From Deltaproteobacteria bacterium (GTDB lineage Bacteria; Desulfobacterota; BSN033; UBA1163), in NCBI GenBank assembly GCA_018333535.1, contig JAGXTA010000033.1, forward strand, positions 10,626 through 74,625: DNA of 64,000 bases, read 5' to 3'. Shown here piece by piece: positions 44,640 to 54,175 of this stretch. A program made the translations under genes and the position numbers. How positions within the stretch are numbered: position 1 is the stretch's first letter; each line of letters begins with the position of its first letter. The notes under the pieces are model-generated. The model searched no databases and was not told the DNA's origin. It was given only the letters and a program-made list of their open reading frames with translations.

Positions 44640-45452
44640 TCACCGATGCTCCCCGTATGTTTTTTGGCGTGTCTCCCCATCTCTTTTGCGTGTTCTCCCG
44701 GAGACGACGAGGGTGATTTCACCTTTCCGTTTTTTTTCGCCAATCCGATTCCTGATCTCGCTCACCTTTCCCCTTAAGACCTCTTCATATATCTTAGTCA
44801 ATTCTCGCGTGAGAACGATCTCCCTGTCTCCGAGAACTTCTAAAATATCCCTCATTGTTTCAGAGAGACGGTGGGGAGATTCATAAAAAATGAGGGTCTC
44901 CTTGACCTCTTCCAATTGTTTCAGCAGGTCTCTTCTTCTCTTCGATTTATTGGGGAGAAAACCTTTGAAAAGAAAGGCATCGGTGGGAAGGCCGGAGACG
45001 CTGAGAGCCGTAATGGCTGCAGAAGGACCTGGAATGGGGATAACCGGTATCTCATGTTCAATGGCCAGCCGGATGAGACGGTATCCCGGGTCAGAGATGC
45101 CGGGCGTCCCTGCATCCGATACCAGGGCGATTCGATCGCCCTGATTCAATTTGGAGAGGATGAATTCCCTCTTCTTCATTTCATTTCCTTCGAAGTAACT
45201 GGTCAGCGGGGCCTGGATGCCAAAATGTCTGAGAAGGAGAAGGGTGTGGCGGGTATCCTCCGCCGCAATCAGATCCACTTCCTTTAATATCCGGAGCGCC
45301 CTCAGGGTAATATCTTCGAGATTCCCTATGGGAGTGGAGACGATATAGAGGGTTCCCTTCTTTTTAGAGACTGTGCCGCAATTCGCCGTTCCCCCTTCGA
45401 CACGCTCAGGGCGAACGGCTAAGTAACTGGTTTTAAATGTGGCTTTTTCCAT
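44640..45452 (-). CDS. rsmI: 16S rRNA (cytidine1402-2'-O)-methyltransferase
   Basis: GTLYIVSTPIGNLEDITLRALRIL and AAEDTRHT motifs. Start set at MEKATF, the only in-frame start before the conserved N-terminus. About 37 leading codons and the longer ORF-track extension are repeat-derived. Confidence 0.85.
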   Translation of the reverse strand: MEKATFKTSYLAVRPERVEGGTANCGTVSKKKGTLYIVSTPIGNLEDITLRALRILKEVDLIAAEDTRHTLLLLRHFGIQAPLTSYFEGNEMKKREFILSKLNQGDRIALVSDAGTPGISDPGYRLIRLAIEHEIPVIPIPGPSAAITALSVSGLPTDAFLFKGFLPNKSKRRRDLLKQLEEVKETLIFYESPHRLSETMRDILEVLGDREIVLTRELTKIYEEVLRGKVSEIRNRIGEKKRKGEITLVVSGRTRKRDGETRQKTYGEHR

Positions 45453-45570
45453 TCGTGGTGAGCCCTTCCTTCGACTTCGCTCAGGACATTCGGGAAAAAC
45501 CGTTCGCCCTGAGGTTCTCGAAGGGACGAACGGTTTGCTCAGGACAGGCCTTGTCGAACCATGAACGGAC
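45385..45570. repeat. tandem TTCGAC..CGCTCAGG(G/A)C-type repeat units
   Basis: Three related units: ...CCCTTCGACACGCTCAGGGCGAACGG; CCTTCGACTTCGCTCAGGACATTCGGG; TTCGCCCTGAGG...GTTTGCTCAGGACAGGCC...AACCATGAACGG. Confidence 0.55.
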
Positions 45571-45705
45571 TTACAACACAGTCTCTTATCGGATAGAAAA
45601 GAAGCCATACCCTGTTCAATATCACTTCTTCAGGGATGGATCAAGAGGCGAATAGAGAGCGTAGGGTCGTTTTTCAGAGCTCTCAAAAAAAAGTATTGAC
45701 AATTG

Positions 45706-47529
45706 ATGGCAAAAACAATAAATAGAAGTGTAATCAAAAAGTTAAGATTGGGAAAAACCGTGCCCGAAGAAATCTCTCTTGAGAAAAAATCGCTTGATCT
45801 GGCTGAAGAGATGGTCATGGTCGAAGGGATGGAGACGGATGAAGAACTCCTCCTGGCCAGGGATTTGACCAGCTTTTTTCTAAAGACCTTTAAAGCCATA
45901 CGGTTTTATCCGCCCGACAACCCTACGATCAAGGGTTTCAGAGATCAACTGCTCAAAAAATTTCAGTATTTTTTAAATAAATATCCTTCCTTTATCCTTC
46001 AGATTGATGAATTCGCACTCTCATTTAAAGACAGGGTCCTTTACGAAAACCGGGATCCGAAATCCAGTCTTGCCTTCCTCCTTTATAAAGATGGGTTGAG
46101 GGAGCTCCGGTTTGTGAAGGGATTGGAGGAGTGGGAGGTTCAGGGGTTGATGGATGTCATCAGGGGGAGCGAGAATATCAACGAACTGGAAGACGACCTC
46201 GTCACCCTGATATGGGAGAGAGATTTCGAGCACATCAGCTACCTTGCCACGGACGAATTCCTCGAAGAAACCCCCATTCTCATCCCTGAAAATGTGGATC
46301 AGTTCAGAAGTAAGCTGATCTTCAAGCCCATCGCCTATAATGTCCAGGTGGACCTCCTTGAGGAGGAAGAACCCGACCTAGGAAAAATCCTTTCCCAGAC
46401 CGTCGGTGGGGAGGCGATCAGGGACAGAAATGTCTATTTCCTCACCCCTGAGGAAGTGGACCGATTGAGAATCGAGGTGGAGAATGAGATCGATCCCACC
46501 TTTGTCTTCAATGCGGCTGACATCCTCTTCGAGGTTCTGGGACTGGAGAAAGAGCAAGAGCCCTATCAGGATGCTGTGAATCTCCTCCTGAAGATTCTGG
46601 ATGGTCTTCTCACTCTCGGCGAGTTTCAAAGGGCAAGCGATCTGTTAAAACGACTCTATATCATCATCAAGACCTATGAACTCAAGGATTGGCAGGCTGA
46701 AGCCATTCATAAATTGATCGAGAGCGCGGGTGATGAGGTGAGGATCGAGCGGGTCGGGAGGATCCTTGAAAAAGAGGCGGGCGTCCGGTTGGAAGATGTA
46801 AACGAGTACCTCATCCTTCTTCAGCAGAGTTCGATCAAGCCCCTCATCAAATTGCTGGGAGAGCTGAAGAATTCGAAGACCCGGAGGGTTCTCTGTGACG
46901 CCCTCTCTGAAATCGGGAAGAATGCCATCGAACTCTTTACTCCCTTCATCGACGACCGGCGGTGGTATCTGGTGCGCAATATCACCTATATCCTTGGTCG
47001 GGTCGGAAAAGAGAAGGCCTTCCCCTATATCCAGAAGGCTTTCAATCATGGTGAACTCCGGGTGAGGCGGGAGGCTATTCAGGCTCTGGGATTGATTGGC
47101 GGTCCGAAATCCATCTCTTTACTCATCAAAGCCCTCATTGACAAAGATGGACGTATCCGGGCAATGTCTGCCATCAATCTCGGAAGAATAGGAAAAAATA
47201 TAGGCCTGGCTGCTCTTTTAGAAGTGGTCCAGTCGAAGGACTTTCAGAAGAAGGAACCGACCGAGACGAAGGCCTTTCTCGATGCAATCGGAATGGTGGG
47301 CTCCAATGAGGCCCTCCCCGTGCTTCAGCAGATGTTGGAGAGCAAGAGTTTCTTCGGAATGGGCAAAAAGGATGAGACTCGGCCCGGGGTGGCCAATGCG
47401 CTGGCCATGATCGGGACGCCCGAGGCGAGAGCCATCCTCGAGAAGGGGAGAAATTCAAAAGAGGAGTCCATCCGGAACGCCTGTCAGCAGGCGTTGAGAA
47501 CCATTTCCACAAAGGAGCCATCCATCTGA
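45706..47529 (+). CDS. HEAT-repeat (PBS-lyase type) protein with uncharacterised N-terminal domain
   Basis: The C-terminal 200 aa carry four to five HEAT-like units (RVRREAIQALGLIG, GRIRAMSAINLGRIG, ...). ATG at 45706; the TTG at 45703 is in the ORF track. Confidence 0.7.
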   Translation: MAKTINRSVIKKLRLGKTVPEEISLEKKSLDLAEEMVMVEGMETDEELLLARDLTSFFLKTFKAIRFYPPDNPTIKGFRDQLLKKFQYFLNKYPSFILQIDEFALSFKDRVLYENRDPKSSLAFLLYKDGLRELRFVKGLEEWEVQGLMDVIRGSENINELEDDLVTLIWERDFEHISYLATDEFLEETPILIPENVDQFRSKLIFKPIAYNVQVDLLEEEEPDLGKILSQTVGGEAIRDRNVYFLTPEEVDRLRIEVENEIDPTFVFNAADILFEVLGLEKEQEPYQDAVNLLLKILDGLLTLGEFQRASDLLKRLYIIIKTYELKDWQAEAIHKLIESAGDEVRIERVGRILEKEAGVRLEDVNEYLILLQQSSIKPLIKLLGELKNSKTRRVLCDALSEIGKNAIELFTPFIDDRRWYLVRNITYILGRVGKEKAFPYIQKAFNHGELRVRREAIQALGLIGGPKSISLLIKALIDKDGRIRAMSAINLGRIGKNIGLAALLEVVQSKDFQKKEPTETKAFLDAIGMVGSNEALPVLQQMLESKSFFGMGKKDETRPGVANALAMIGTPEARAILEKGRNSKEESIRNACQQALRTISTKEPSI

Positions 47530-48974
47530 TGCCGGAAAAAACGCTGACCGCACAGGATGACCTTTCGACCAAAATGGGGACGGAATTTGTCATCCGGTTC
47601 TATCGCATGCTCAAAGGCACTGCGATCTATGACCGGAACAATGTCGCCATGGACCAGTATACCCAGGAGTGTCTCCAGGCGATCAATCCCGTCATCAAAT
47701 CGGAGAGCCACCTCTTTTTAAAGGTCGTCCGGGACAACTGCTTCTTCAATAATGTGAAGATTCAGGTGAGGGCGGACAATTATCCCATCTTCAAGGGTTT
47801 TTTGAATGAGATGAAGAAGCGCTGGATCGGAGAGGTGGAGTTCGAGGAGGAGGTAAGCAAGGAGCATCTGAAGGACCTCATCTTTCTTCTTTCAGGGCTG
47901 GAGGAAAACAACGAGAGCAACTACCTCTATGTAAAGAAACAGCTCGAATACAGGGATATCCGGCATATCCACGTGGGGAAACTGGAGTTTTTCAAGGATG
48001 AGGAGATCTATGTCGACTCCGAGGACCAGAAGCGGCGCTCGAAGGAGGTCTATTTTAAGTCGATCAATATGGTCAAAGAGGTGATGGAGGGCATTAAGAA
48101 TCAGAAGGTCGTCAATATCCGTAAGGCGAAACGCCTCATGCAGAATGCGGTCAATGCGATCATGCAGGACGATTCGGCTTTGTTAGGGTTGGCCAACATC
48201 AAAAATTATGATGAGTACACCTTCAACCACTCGGTCAATGTGGCGATCTATGCCATTTCCATCGGCCAGAGAATCGGCATTCCCAAAAAGCACCTCTCCC
48301 ATCTTGGCATGGCAGGATTATTTCACGATATCGGGAAGACAAGAGTTCCCAGGGAGATTCTGAATAAAGCCGGAAAATTGAACGCGGAGGAATGGGAGGT
48401 CATACGGACCCATCCGGTCGTCGGAACAGAGATGGTGATGAGGATGAAGGAGTGGGGGGAACTCTCCACCCGGATGATCAATGGCGCCTTCGAGCATCAT
48501 CTCCGGTATGATTTGAGCGGATATCCTAAGCTGACGCGAAAGAGAAAGGTGACTCTTTTCGGAAGGATCATCACCCTTGCCGATTTTTATGACGCTCTGG
48601 GAAGGCCGAGGGCGTATAACCGGTTTCCCTATGTGTCGGAGAAGATCCTGGGGTTGATGATGGAGCGGAGCGGAAGGGATTTCGATCCCATCCTGGTCAA
48701 GGTCTTTATCAATATGATTGGCATCTTCCCTCTGGGCACTCTGGTCCTCCTCGATACCAATGAGATGGGCATCGTCGTTCAAGCGCAGGAAGAGTCCGAC
48801 CTCATCGACCGGCCGAAGGTCAACCTTCTCTTTTACAAAGAGGGGCAATACCGGAAAGGAAAGGTGGTCGATCTCACGGAGAAGGATGAAACCACCAGCC
48901 AGTATAAGTGGACGATCTTAAAGACCCTTGACCCGAATGAGTACAGCATCAATGTGGCCGAATACCTGATTTAA
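47529..48974 (+). CDS. HD-GYP domain protein (putative cyclic-di-GMP phosphodiesterase)
   Basis: HSVNVAIYA, GLFHDIGK and HHLRYDLSGYP motifs; 481 aa. The ATG overlaps the upstream TGA by 1 nt. Confidence 0.85.
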   Translation: MPEKTLTAQDDLSTKMGTEFVIRFYRMLKGTAIYDRNNVAMDQYTQECLQAINPVIKSESHLFLKVVRDNCFFNNVKIQVRADNYPIFKGFLNEMKKRWIGEVEFEEEVSKEHLKDLIFLLSGLEENNESNYLYVKKQLEYRDIRHIHVGKLEFFKDEEIYVDSEDQKRRSKEVYFKSINMVKEVMEGIKNQKVVNIRKAKRLMQNAVNAIMQDDSALLGLANIKNYDEYTFNHSVNVAIYAISIGQRIGIPKKHLSHLGMAGLFHDIGKTRVPREILNKAGKLNAEEWEVIRTHPVVGTEMVMRMKEWGELSTRMINGAFEHHLRYDLSGYPKLTRKRKVTLFGRIITLADFYDALGRPRAYNRFPYVSEKILGLMMERSGRDFDPILVKVFINMIGIFPLGTLVLLDTNEMGIVVQAQEESDLIDRPKVNLLFYKEGQYRKGKVVDLTEKDETTSQYKWTILKTLDPNEYSINVAEYLI

Positions 48975-49055
48975 CCCCCCAAACCGTCTATAAAAATAAA
49001 GTTTACCGGTAAAGGCAATCCCGCGTTTCAAGGGACCCGTATCGTAAAATTCAAA

Positions 49056-49187
49056 ATTGCGTTTGTCGTTGTCGAAGCTCGGACTCGCCGCGCAAGTGCT
49101 GGCGCAGCGTATCGAAACTCGTAAATAGAATCTGGATGCTCGAGCTTCAAGTTTCGAACTTCTTGCTTCGATACGAGCATCGTCACC
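49056..49187 (-). repeat. TCGATACGAGC-family repeat
   Basis: The reverse complement GGTGACGATGCTCGTATCGAAGC...GAGCTTCGACAACGACAAACGCAAT aligns with 40733-40838. Confidence 0.6.
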
Positions 49188-49254
49188 CATGACCGATTAA
49201 TGCTAAATGAAACAGCCCCTGCACCTATCATGGTACAGGGCGGGCCTCGTTACC

Positions 49255-49725
49255 TTATCCACCTTTGACTTTTGCCTCTTCCCACAGGCAATCCATTTCG
49301 GCGAGGCTGGATTGATGGATGGACTTCCCTTTCTTCAGGAGCGATTCCTCGATATATTTGAACCGGGAGATAAATTTTTCGATTGTTTTTCTCAATGCGT
49401 CTTCAGGATCGATTTTGAGAAATCGTGCCAAGTTGACCAGAACGAACAAGAGATCGCCGATCTCTTCACGAATCCTCTTCCGGTCGCCCGAAGAAAGGGC
49501 TTCTCGGAGTTCTTTCGTCTCCTCATCCATCTTGGCCAGAACCCCTGCCAGATCCGGCCAATCGAACCCTGCGCTTGAGACCATGCGCGTAATCCGGCTG
49601 GCCCGTGAGAGGGAGGGAAGGTCTTCGGGTATTCCATTAAGCAGGGATCGGGATTTCTTGTGATGAAGTGGATTTTTCGATTTGATTCGCCTGTCCGTTT
49701 TGTTGGAAGTCAACTTTTTTGCCAT
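49255..49725 (-). CDS. mazG: MazG-family nucleoside triphosphate pyrophosphohydrolase, single domain
   Basis: GFDWPD, EEIGDLLFVLVNLAR and KFISRF motifs. The 156 aa align with only the C-terminal half of the two-domain E. coli MazG. Confidence 0.75.
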   Translation of the reverse strand: MAKKLTSNKTDRRIKSKNPLHHKKSRSLLNGIPEDLPSLSRASRITRMVSSAGFDWPDLAGVLAKMDEETKELREALSSGDRKRIREEIGDLLFVLVNLARFLKIDPEDALRKTIEKFISRFKYIEESLLKKGKSIHQSSLAEMDCLWEEAKVKGG

Positions 49726-49741
49726 CGCAATACCTCTCTTT

Positions 49742-49894
49742 GAGATTTCTGATTACATCGATTATGGACCGATTACACAGATTAGGAATACATTGATCAA
49801 TAAAGGAAAATCTGTGGAATCATTTTTTAAAAATCCCTGCCTACCGGCAGGCAGGTGTGTAATCATAGAGCGAAAACTAGTTTTTAGAGCTCTC
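49742..49894 (-). repeat. GATTACACAGATT-family repeat, full copy with extra 20-bp hairpin
   Basis: Reverse complement aligns with 39019-39169 end to end, apart from an inserted CCTGCCTGCCGGTAGGCAGG hairpin and a shortened terminal hairpin. Confidence 0.65.
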
Positions 49895-50004
49895 TTTCCT
49901 TGATTAGCCCCATTTTTTGTGTTAATTAAATAGACTTAAATTGAGGATTTTGCAAACTTTTTCGGACGAATGTCTGAGAGGTTAACAAGAAGAGGGGAAC
50001 TAAA

Positions 50005-52794
50005 ATGGATTACCGCAACACGCTGAACCTTCCGAAGACGGATTTTCCCATGAGGGCCAATCTGTCCAAAAGAGAGCCTGAATTTTTGAAGATGTGGGAG
50101 TCCAGGGAGATTTACGGGAAATTGATCCGGCAGGCAAAGGAGAGGACAAAATATATCCTTCACGATGGCCCGCCCTATGCGAACGGGAATATTCACATCG
50201 GAACGGCATTGAACAAGATTCTGAAAGATATCATTGTCAAGTCAAAATTCATGGCGGGTTTTAACAGCCACTATGTGCCGGGCTGGGACTGTCATGGACT
50301 GCCTGTCGAGCATGAGGTAGAGAAGAGCCTCGGAAAGAAGAAAGCGGAGCTCTCCACCGTGGAGATCCGGAAACGATGCAGGGATTATGCAACCAAATTT
50401 GTGGATATTCAAAGAGAAGAGTTCAAAAGGCTCGGCATTTTCGGGCAATGGGAAAACCCTTATCTGACAATGAATTTCGGTTATCAGGCCACGATTGTCA
50501 GAGAATTCGGCAAGTTTCTCCTGAGCGGTTCGGTCTATAAAGGGAAGAAGCCTGTCCACTGGTGTCCTACCTGCAAGACAGCCCTTGCCGAGGCCGAGGT
50601 GAAGTATGAAGATCACCGCTCTCCTTCGATCTATGTGAAGTTCAGGATGGTTTCCACCCCCTCCCACCCCTCCCCCCTCGAGGGGGAGGGTAAGGGTGGG
50701 GGAAAGCCCGTTTATGTCATTATCTGGACGACCACGCCGTGGACGATTCCCGCCAATCTCGCCATTGCTCTTCATCCTGACTTTACTTATGTGGCCGTCG
50801 ATATCGGGAAAGAGATTTATATCCTAGCCGAAGGCCTTCTCGAAACGGTCATGGAGAAGTTTGGAATCGGGAATTACAAGGTATTGGAAAAGTTTTCAGG
50901 CAAAAGGTTGGAAGGATTCAAAACGAGACACCCCCTTTATGAACGGGATTCCGTCATCATCCTTGCGCCCTATGTCACGCTCGATGCCGGCACGGGATGT
51001 GTCCACACAGCGCCCGGCCATGGACAGGAGGACTATGAGACCGGCGTCCAATACGGGCTTGAAATCTACAGCCCCGTGGATGACGACGGTCGGTTCACAA
51101 AGGATGTTCCTTTCTTTGCAGGACAGTTTGTGTTCGATGCCAACTCCGGTGTGAATAAGAAATTAGCGGAGGCAGGAGCGCTCCTGAAAGAGGAGGTGAT
51201 GGTTCATTCCTACCCCCATTGCTGGCGGACAAACGACCCCATCATCTTCCGGGCCACGGAGCAGTGGTTCATCTCGATGGAGAAGACAGGATTAAGGGGA
51301 AATGCCCTTAAATCGATCAATGAGGTGACCTGGATTCCTCCCTGGGGAAGAGACCGGATCTACGGGATGATTGAGAATCGTCCGGACTGGTGCGTCTCCA
51401 GGCAGAGGGCCTGGGGCATTCCCATCACCGTCTTTTACTGTTCTTCCTGCAAACAGACGCTTGCCACTCAGGAGACGATTGAGCATGTGGCAAAGCTTTT
51501 TGAGAAAGGAGGAGCGGATGTCTGGTTTGAAGAGGGGCCGACTGCTCTTCTGCCGGCAGGGACCCAATGCCCCGGATGCGGAGGGAGCGAGTTTACAAAG
51601 GAGACGGATATCTTAGATGTCTGGTTCGATTCAGGGGTTTCTTATGCCGCTGTTCTGGAAAACCGGCCTGAGCTTCAGTTTCCGGCAAGTCTCTACCTCG
51701 AAGGAAGCGATCAGCACCGGGGATGGTTTCATAGCTCCCTTCTCACCTCCGTGGGGACAAGGGGCCACGCTCCCTATGGTTCGGTCCTCACCCATGGGTT
51801 TGTCGTGGACGGAGAGGGAAAGAAGATGTCCAAATCTGCGGGGAACGTGATCGCTCCCGAAGAGGTGATCAATAAGCTGGGGGCCGATGTTCTGAGGCTC
51901 TGGGTTTCAGCAGAGGATTACAAGGATGACATCAAGATTTCAGACGAGATTCTGAAACGATTAGCCGATTCCTATTTCCGGATCCGGAATACCTTCCGGT
52001 TCCTTCTTGGAAACCTCTACGATTTTGATCCCGCAAAAGACCGGATCTCCTCTCCGGATCTCTATGAGATAGACCGGTGGGCTCTCCACCGGCTCCAGAA
52101 GCTGATTGCAAGAGTAAAAGAGGCCTATGAGCGCTTTGAGTTTCACACCGTCTACCACAGCGTCCAGAACTTCTGTGCGGTTGAGATGAGTTCGACCTAT
52201 CTTGATATATTGAAGGATCGTCTCTATACGTTTTCGAGCCATTCCCATGGCCGCCGGTCCGCGCAGACCGCTCTCTATGAGATCTTAAATGGACTGACCA
52301 GACTGATGGCTCCCATTCTCTCCTTTACCTCTGAAGAGGTATGGCAGTATCTTCCGGGAAGAGACGGAAAAGCGGAAAGCGTCCATCTCACCACCTTTCC
52401 GGAAATTATAAATGAATATTTGGATGAAGGGCTGAACGAACGATGGGAGCACATCTGGGAGATCCGAGCAGTAGTGACAAAAGCCCTCGAAGAGGCGCGG
52501 AAAACGAAGAAGATTGGGCTTTCTCTTGACGCCCAGGTCCATCTCAGTCTTCCCGAGAAGGAATATCAATTCCTCCAGCCCTATGAGAAGGAACTGAAGT
52601 CGATCTTCATCGTCTCTTCTGTCACCCTCCATCGGGGGGATCAGGGGGTGAGCGTTGAGGTCCTCCGTGCAGATGGAGAGAAATGCGAACGATGCTGGAA
52701 TTATGATGTCAGTGTAGGGAAAAATCCGGGGCATCTGACTGCCTGCGGCAGATGTGTGGAGGCGCTGAAGCAGTCAGATAGTCTTATCGTCTAA
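50005..52794 (+). CDS. ileS: isoleucine--tRNA ligase
   Basis: 929 aa. PYANGNIHIGTA (HIGH), KMSKS, TTTPWT (CP1 editing) and a C-terminal CERCW...CGRC zinc finger. Confidence 0.95.
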   Translation: MDYRNTLNLPKTDFPMRANLSKREPEFLKMWESREIYGKLIRQAKERTKYILHDGPPYANGNIHIGTALNKILKDIIVKSKFMAGFNSHYVPGWDCHGLPVEHEVEKSLGKKKAELSTVEIRKRCRDYATKFVDIQREEFKRLGIFGQWENPYLTMNFGYQATIVREFGKFLLSGSVYKGKKPVHWCPTCKTALAEAEVKYEDHRSPSIYVKFRMVSTPSHPSPLEGEGKGGGKPVYVIIWTTTPWTIPANLAIALHPDFTYVAVDIGKEIYILAEGLLETVMEKFGIGNYKVLEKFSGKRLEGFKTRHPLYERDSVIILAPYVTLDAGTGCVHTAPGHGQEDYETGVQYGLEIYSPVDDDGRFTKDVPFFAGQFVFDANSGVNKKLAEAGALLKEEVMVHSYPHCWRTNDPIIFRATEQWFISMEKTGLRGNALKSINEVTWIPPWGRDRIYGMIENRPDWCVSRQRAWGIPITVFYCSSCKQTLATQETIEHVAKLFEKGGADVWFEEGPTALLPAGTQCPGCGGSEFTKETDILDVWFDSGVSYAAVLENRPELQFPASLYLEGSDQHRGWFHSSLLTSVGTRGHAPYGSVLTHGFVVDGEGKKMSKSAGNVIAPEEVINKLGADVLRLWVSAEDYKDDIKISDEILKRLADSYFRIRNTFRFLLGNLYDFDPAKDRISSPDLYEIDRWALHRLQKLIARVKEAYERFEFHTVYHSVQNFCAVEMSSTYLDILKDRLYTFSSHSHGRRSAQTALYEILNGLTRLMAPILSFTSEEVWQYLPGRDGKAESVHLTTFPEIINEYLDEGLNERWEHIWEIRAVVTKALEEARKTKKIGLSLDAQVHLSLPEKEYQFLQPYEKELKSIFIVSSVTLHRGDQGVSVEVLRADGEKCERCWNYDVSVGKNPGHLTACGRCVEALKQSDSLIV

Positions 52795-52871
52795 TAGTCG
52801 TATGGCCGGTTAAAAGCTGATGAGACCAAATGAAGTGTTGAATGACTGTATAAACCATTGGGCCAAAAGAG

Positions 52872-53369
52872 ATGAAACGTAAGTACTGGGTGCTGTTGGT
52901 TTGCCTTGTCTTTATTCTTGCGCTGGATCAGTATACCAAATATGAGGTCCAGCAAAGGATCCGTCTTTATCAGACCATCGAAGTCATCGATGGATTCTTT
53001 AACCTCACCCACCTGAGAAACACCGGCGGAGCCTTCGGGATCCTTGCAGGCAAAAAAGATGGGATTGGCTCTGTCTTCTTCATTGCAGTTGCCCTGGCTG
53101 CGGTCGGAGTGATCCTTTACCTCCTCCATAAGGCGAAGGAACAGGAACGAATCCTCGCCCTGTCGCTTTCCCTCGTCCTGAGCGGAGCCATTGGAAATCT
53201 CATCGACCGAATTCGACATGGAGAGGTGGTTGACTTTCTCGATTTTCACCTTTTCTCATACCACTGGCCTGCTTTCAATATTGCGGATTCCGCCATCACC
53301 ATCGGCATCGGTCTGATGGCCTTTGAGCTATTGTTTCACGACAAAAAAAGATTGAAGAAGCCATCATGA
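52872..53369 (+). CDS. lspA: lipoprotein signal peptidase II
   Basis: FNLTHLRNTGGAFG and NLIDRI...VVDF...FNIAD motifs. Confidence 0.9.
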   Translation: MKRKYWVLLVCLVFILALDQYTKYEVQQRIRLYQTIEVIDGFFNLTHLRNTGGAFGILAGKKDGIGSVFFIAVALAAVGVILYLLHKAKEQERILALSLSLVLSGAIGNLIDRIRHGEVVDFLDFHLFSYHWPAFNIADSAITIGIGLMAFELLFHDKKRLKKPS

Positions 53370-53405
53370 TTTTTACTCCGGACTCCGAACTCTAAACTCC
53401 AAACT

Positions 53406-54170
53406 ATGTTTCCAATCCTTTTTCACCTCGGCAGCCTGAACATTTATGCTTACGGGTTCTTTATCGCCATTGGTTTTGTCCTGGGGTTCATTCTCGCCAT
53501 TCGGAGAGGTCGACAGGAGTCCATCTCCGATGAGAGGATAGTCGATTTACTTTTCCTGATTGTGATCTCCGCTATCGTGGGTTCAAGACTGCTCTTCGTC
53601 CTGGTTAACCTTGAACATTTTCGCGACTATCCCTTACATATCTTCAGGATCTGGGAGGGAGGGCTGGTTTTTTATGGAGGCCTCATCCTTGCCGTTGTCG
53701 CCTCATTTGGATATTTGAGGTGGAACCGGCTTCCGGTGTGGAAGTTTGCCGACCTCTTTTCACCCTCCATTGCCCTGGGGCTTTTCTTTGGCCGGATAGG
53801 CTGTTTTTTTGCGGGATGCTGTTACGGAAAGGAGACCTCCCTTCCTTGGGGGGTTACCTTCATTGATCCGAACTCATTGGCCCGTCTCAATTTGAGCCTC
53901 CATCCCACACAGATCTATGAGGCGCTGGGCAGCCTTGCCATCTTCTTTTTTCTCAACTGGAAGAGGAGAAGAAGGACCTTCGAAGGTCAGATCTTCTATC
54001 TCTTCCTCCTCCTTTACTCATCCCTCCGATTCATGATCGAATTTCTGAGAGATGACCCAAGAGGGTTTTTCTTCGGAGGGATTGTCTCCACCTCTCAGGG
54101 GATAGGAATATTTTTGGCCTTGACCTCCCTTTTTATGTTATTTTATTTAAAGAGAGCGCAGAGGAGGTAA
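53406..54170 (+). CDS. lgt: prolipoprotein diacylglyceryl transferase
   Basis: IYAYGFFIAIGF, GGLVFYGG, GRIGCFFAGCCYGK and HPTQIYE motifs. Confidence 0.9.
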   Translation: MFPILFHLGSLNIYAYGFFIAIGFVLGFILAIRRGRQESISDERIVDLLFLIVISAIVGSRLLFVLVNLEHFRDYPLHIFRIWEGGLVFYGGLILAVVASFGYLRWNRLPVWKFADLFSPSIALGLFFGRIGCFFAGCCYGKETSLPWGVTFIDPNSLARLNLSLHPTQIYEALGSLAIFFFLNWKRRRRTFEGQIFYLFLLLYSSLRFMIEFLRDDPRGFFFGGIVSTSQGIGIFLALTSLFMLFYLKRAQRR

Positions 54171-54175
54171 GGAGG

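Noticed and set aside
49207-49578. 123-aa plus-strand ORF
   Set aside because: It is antisense to mazG, whose motifs are clear.
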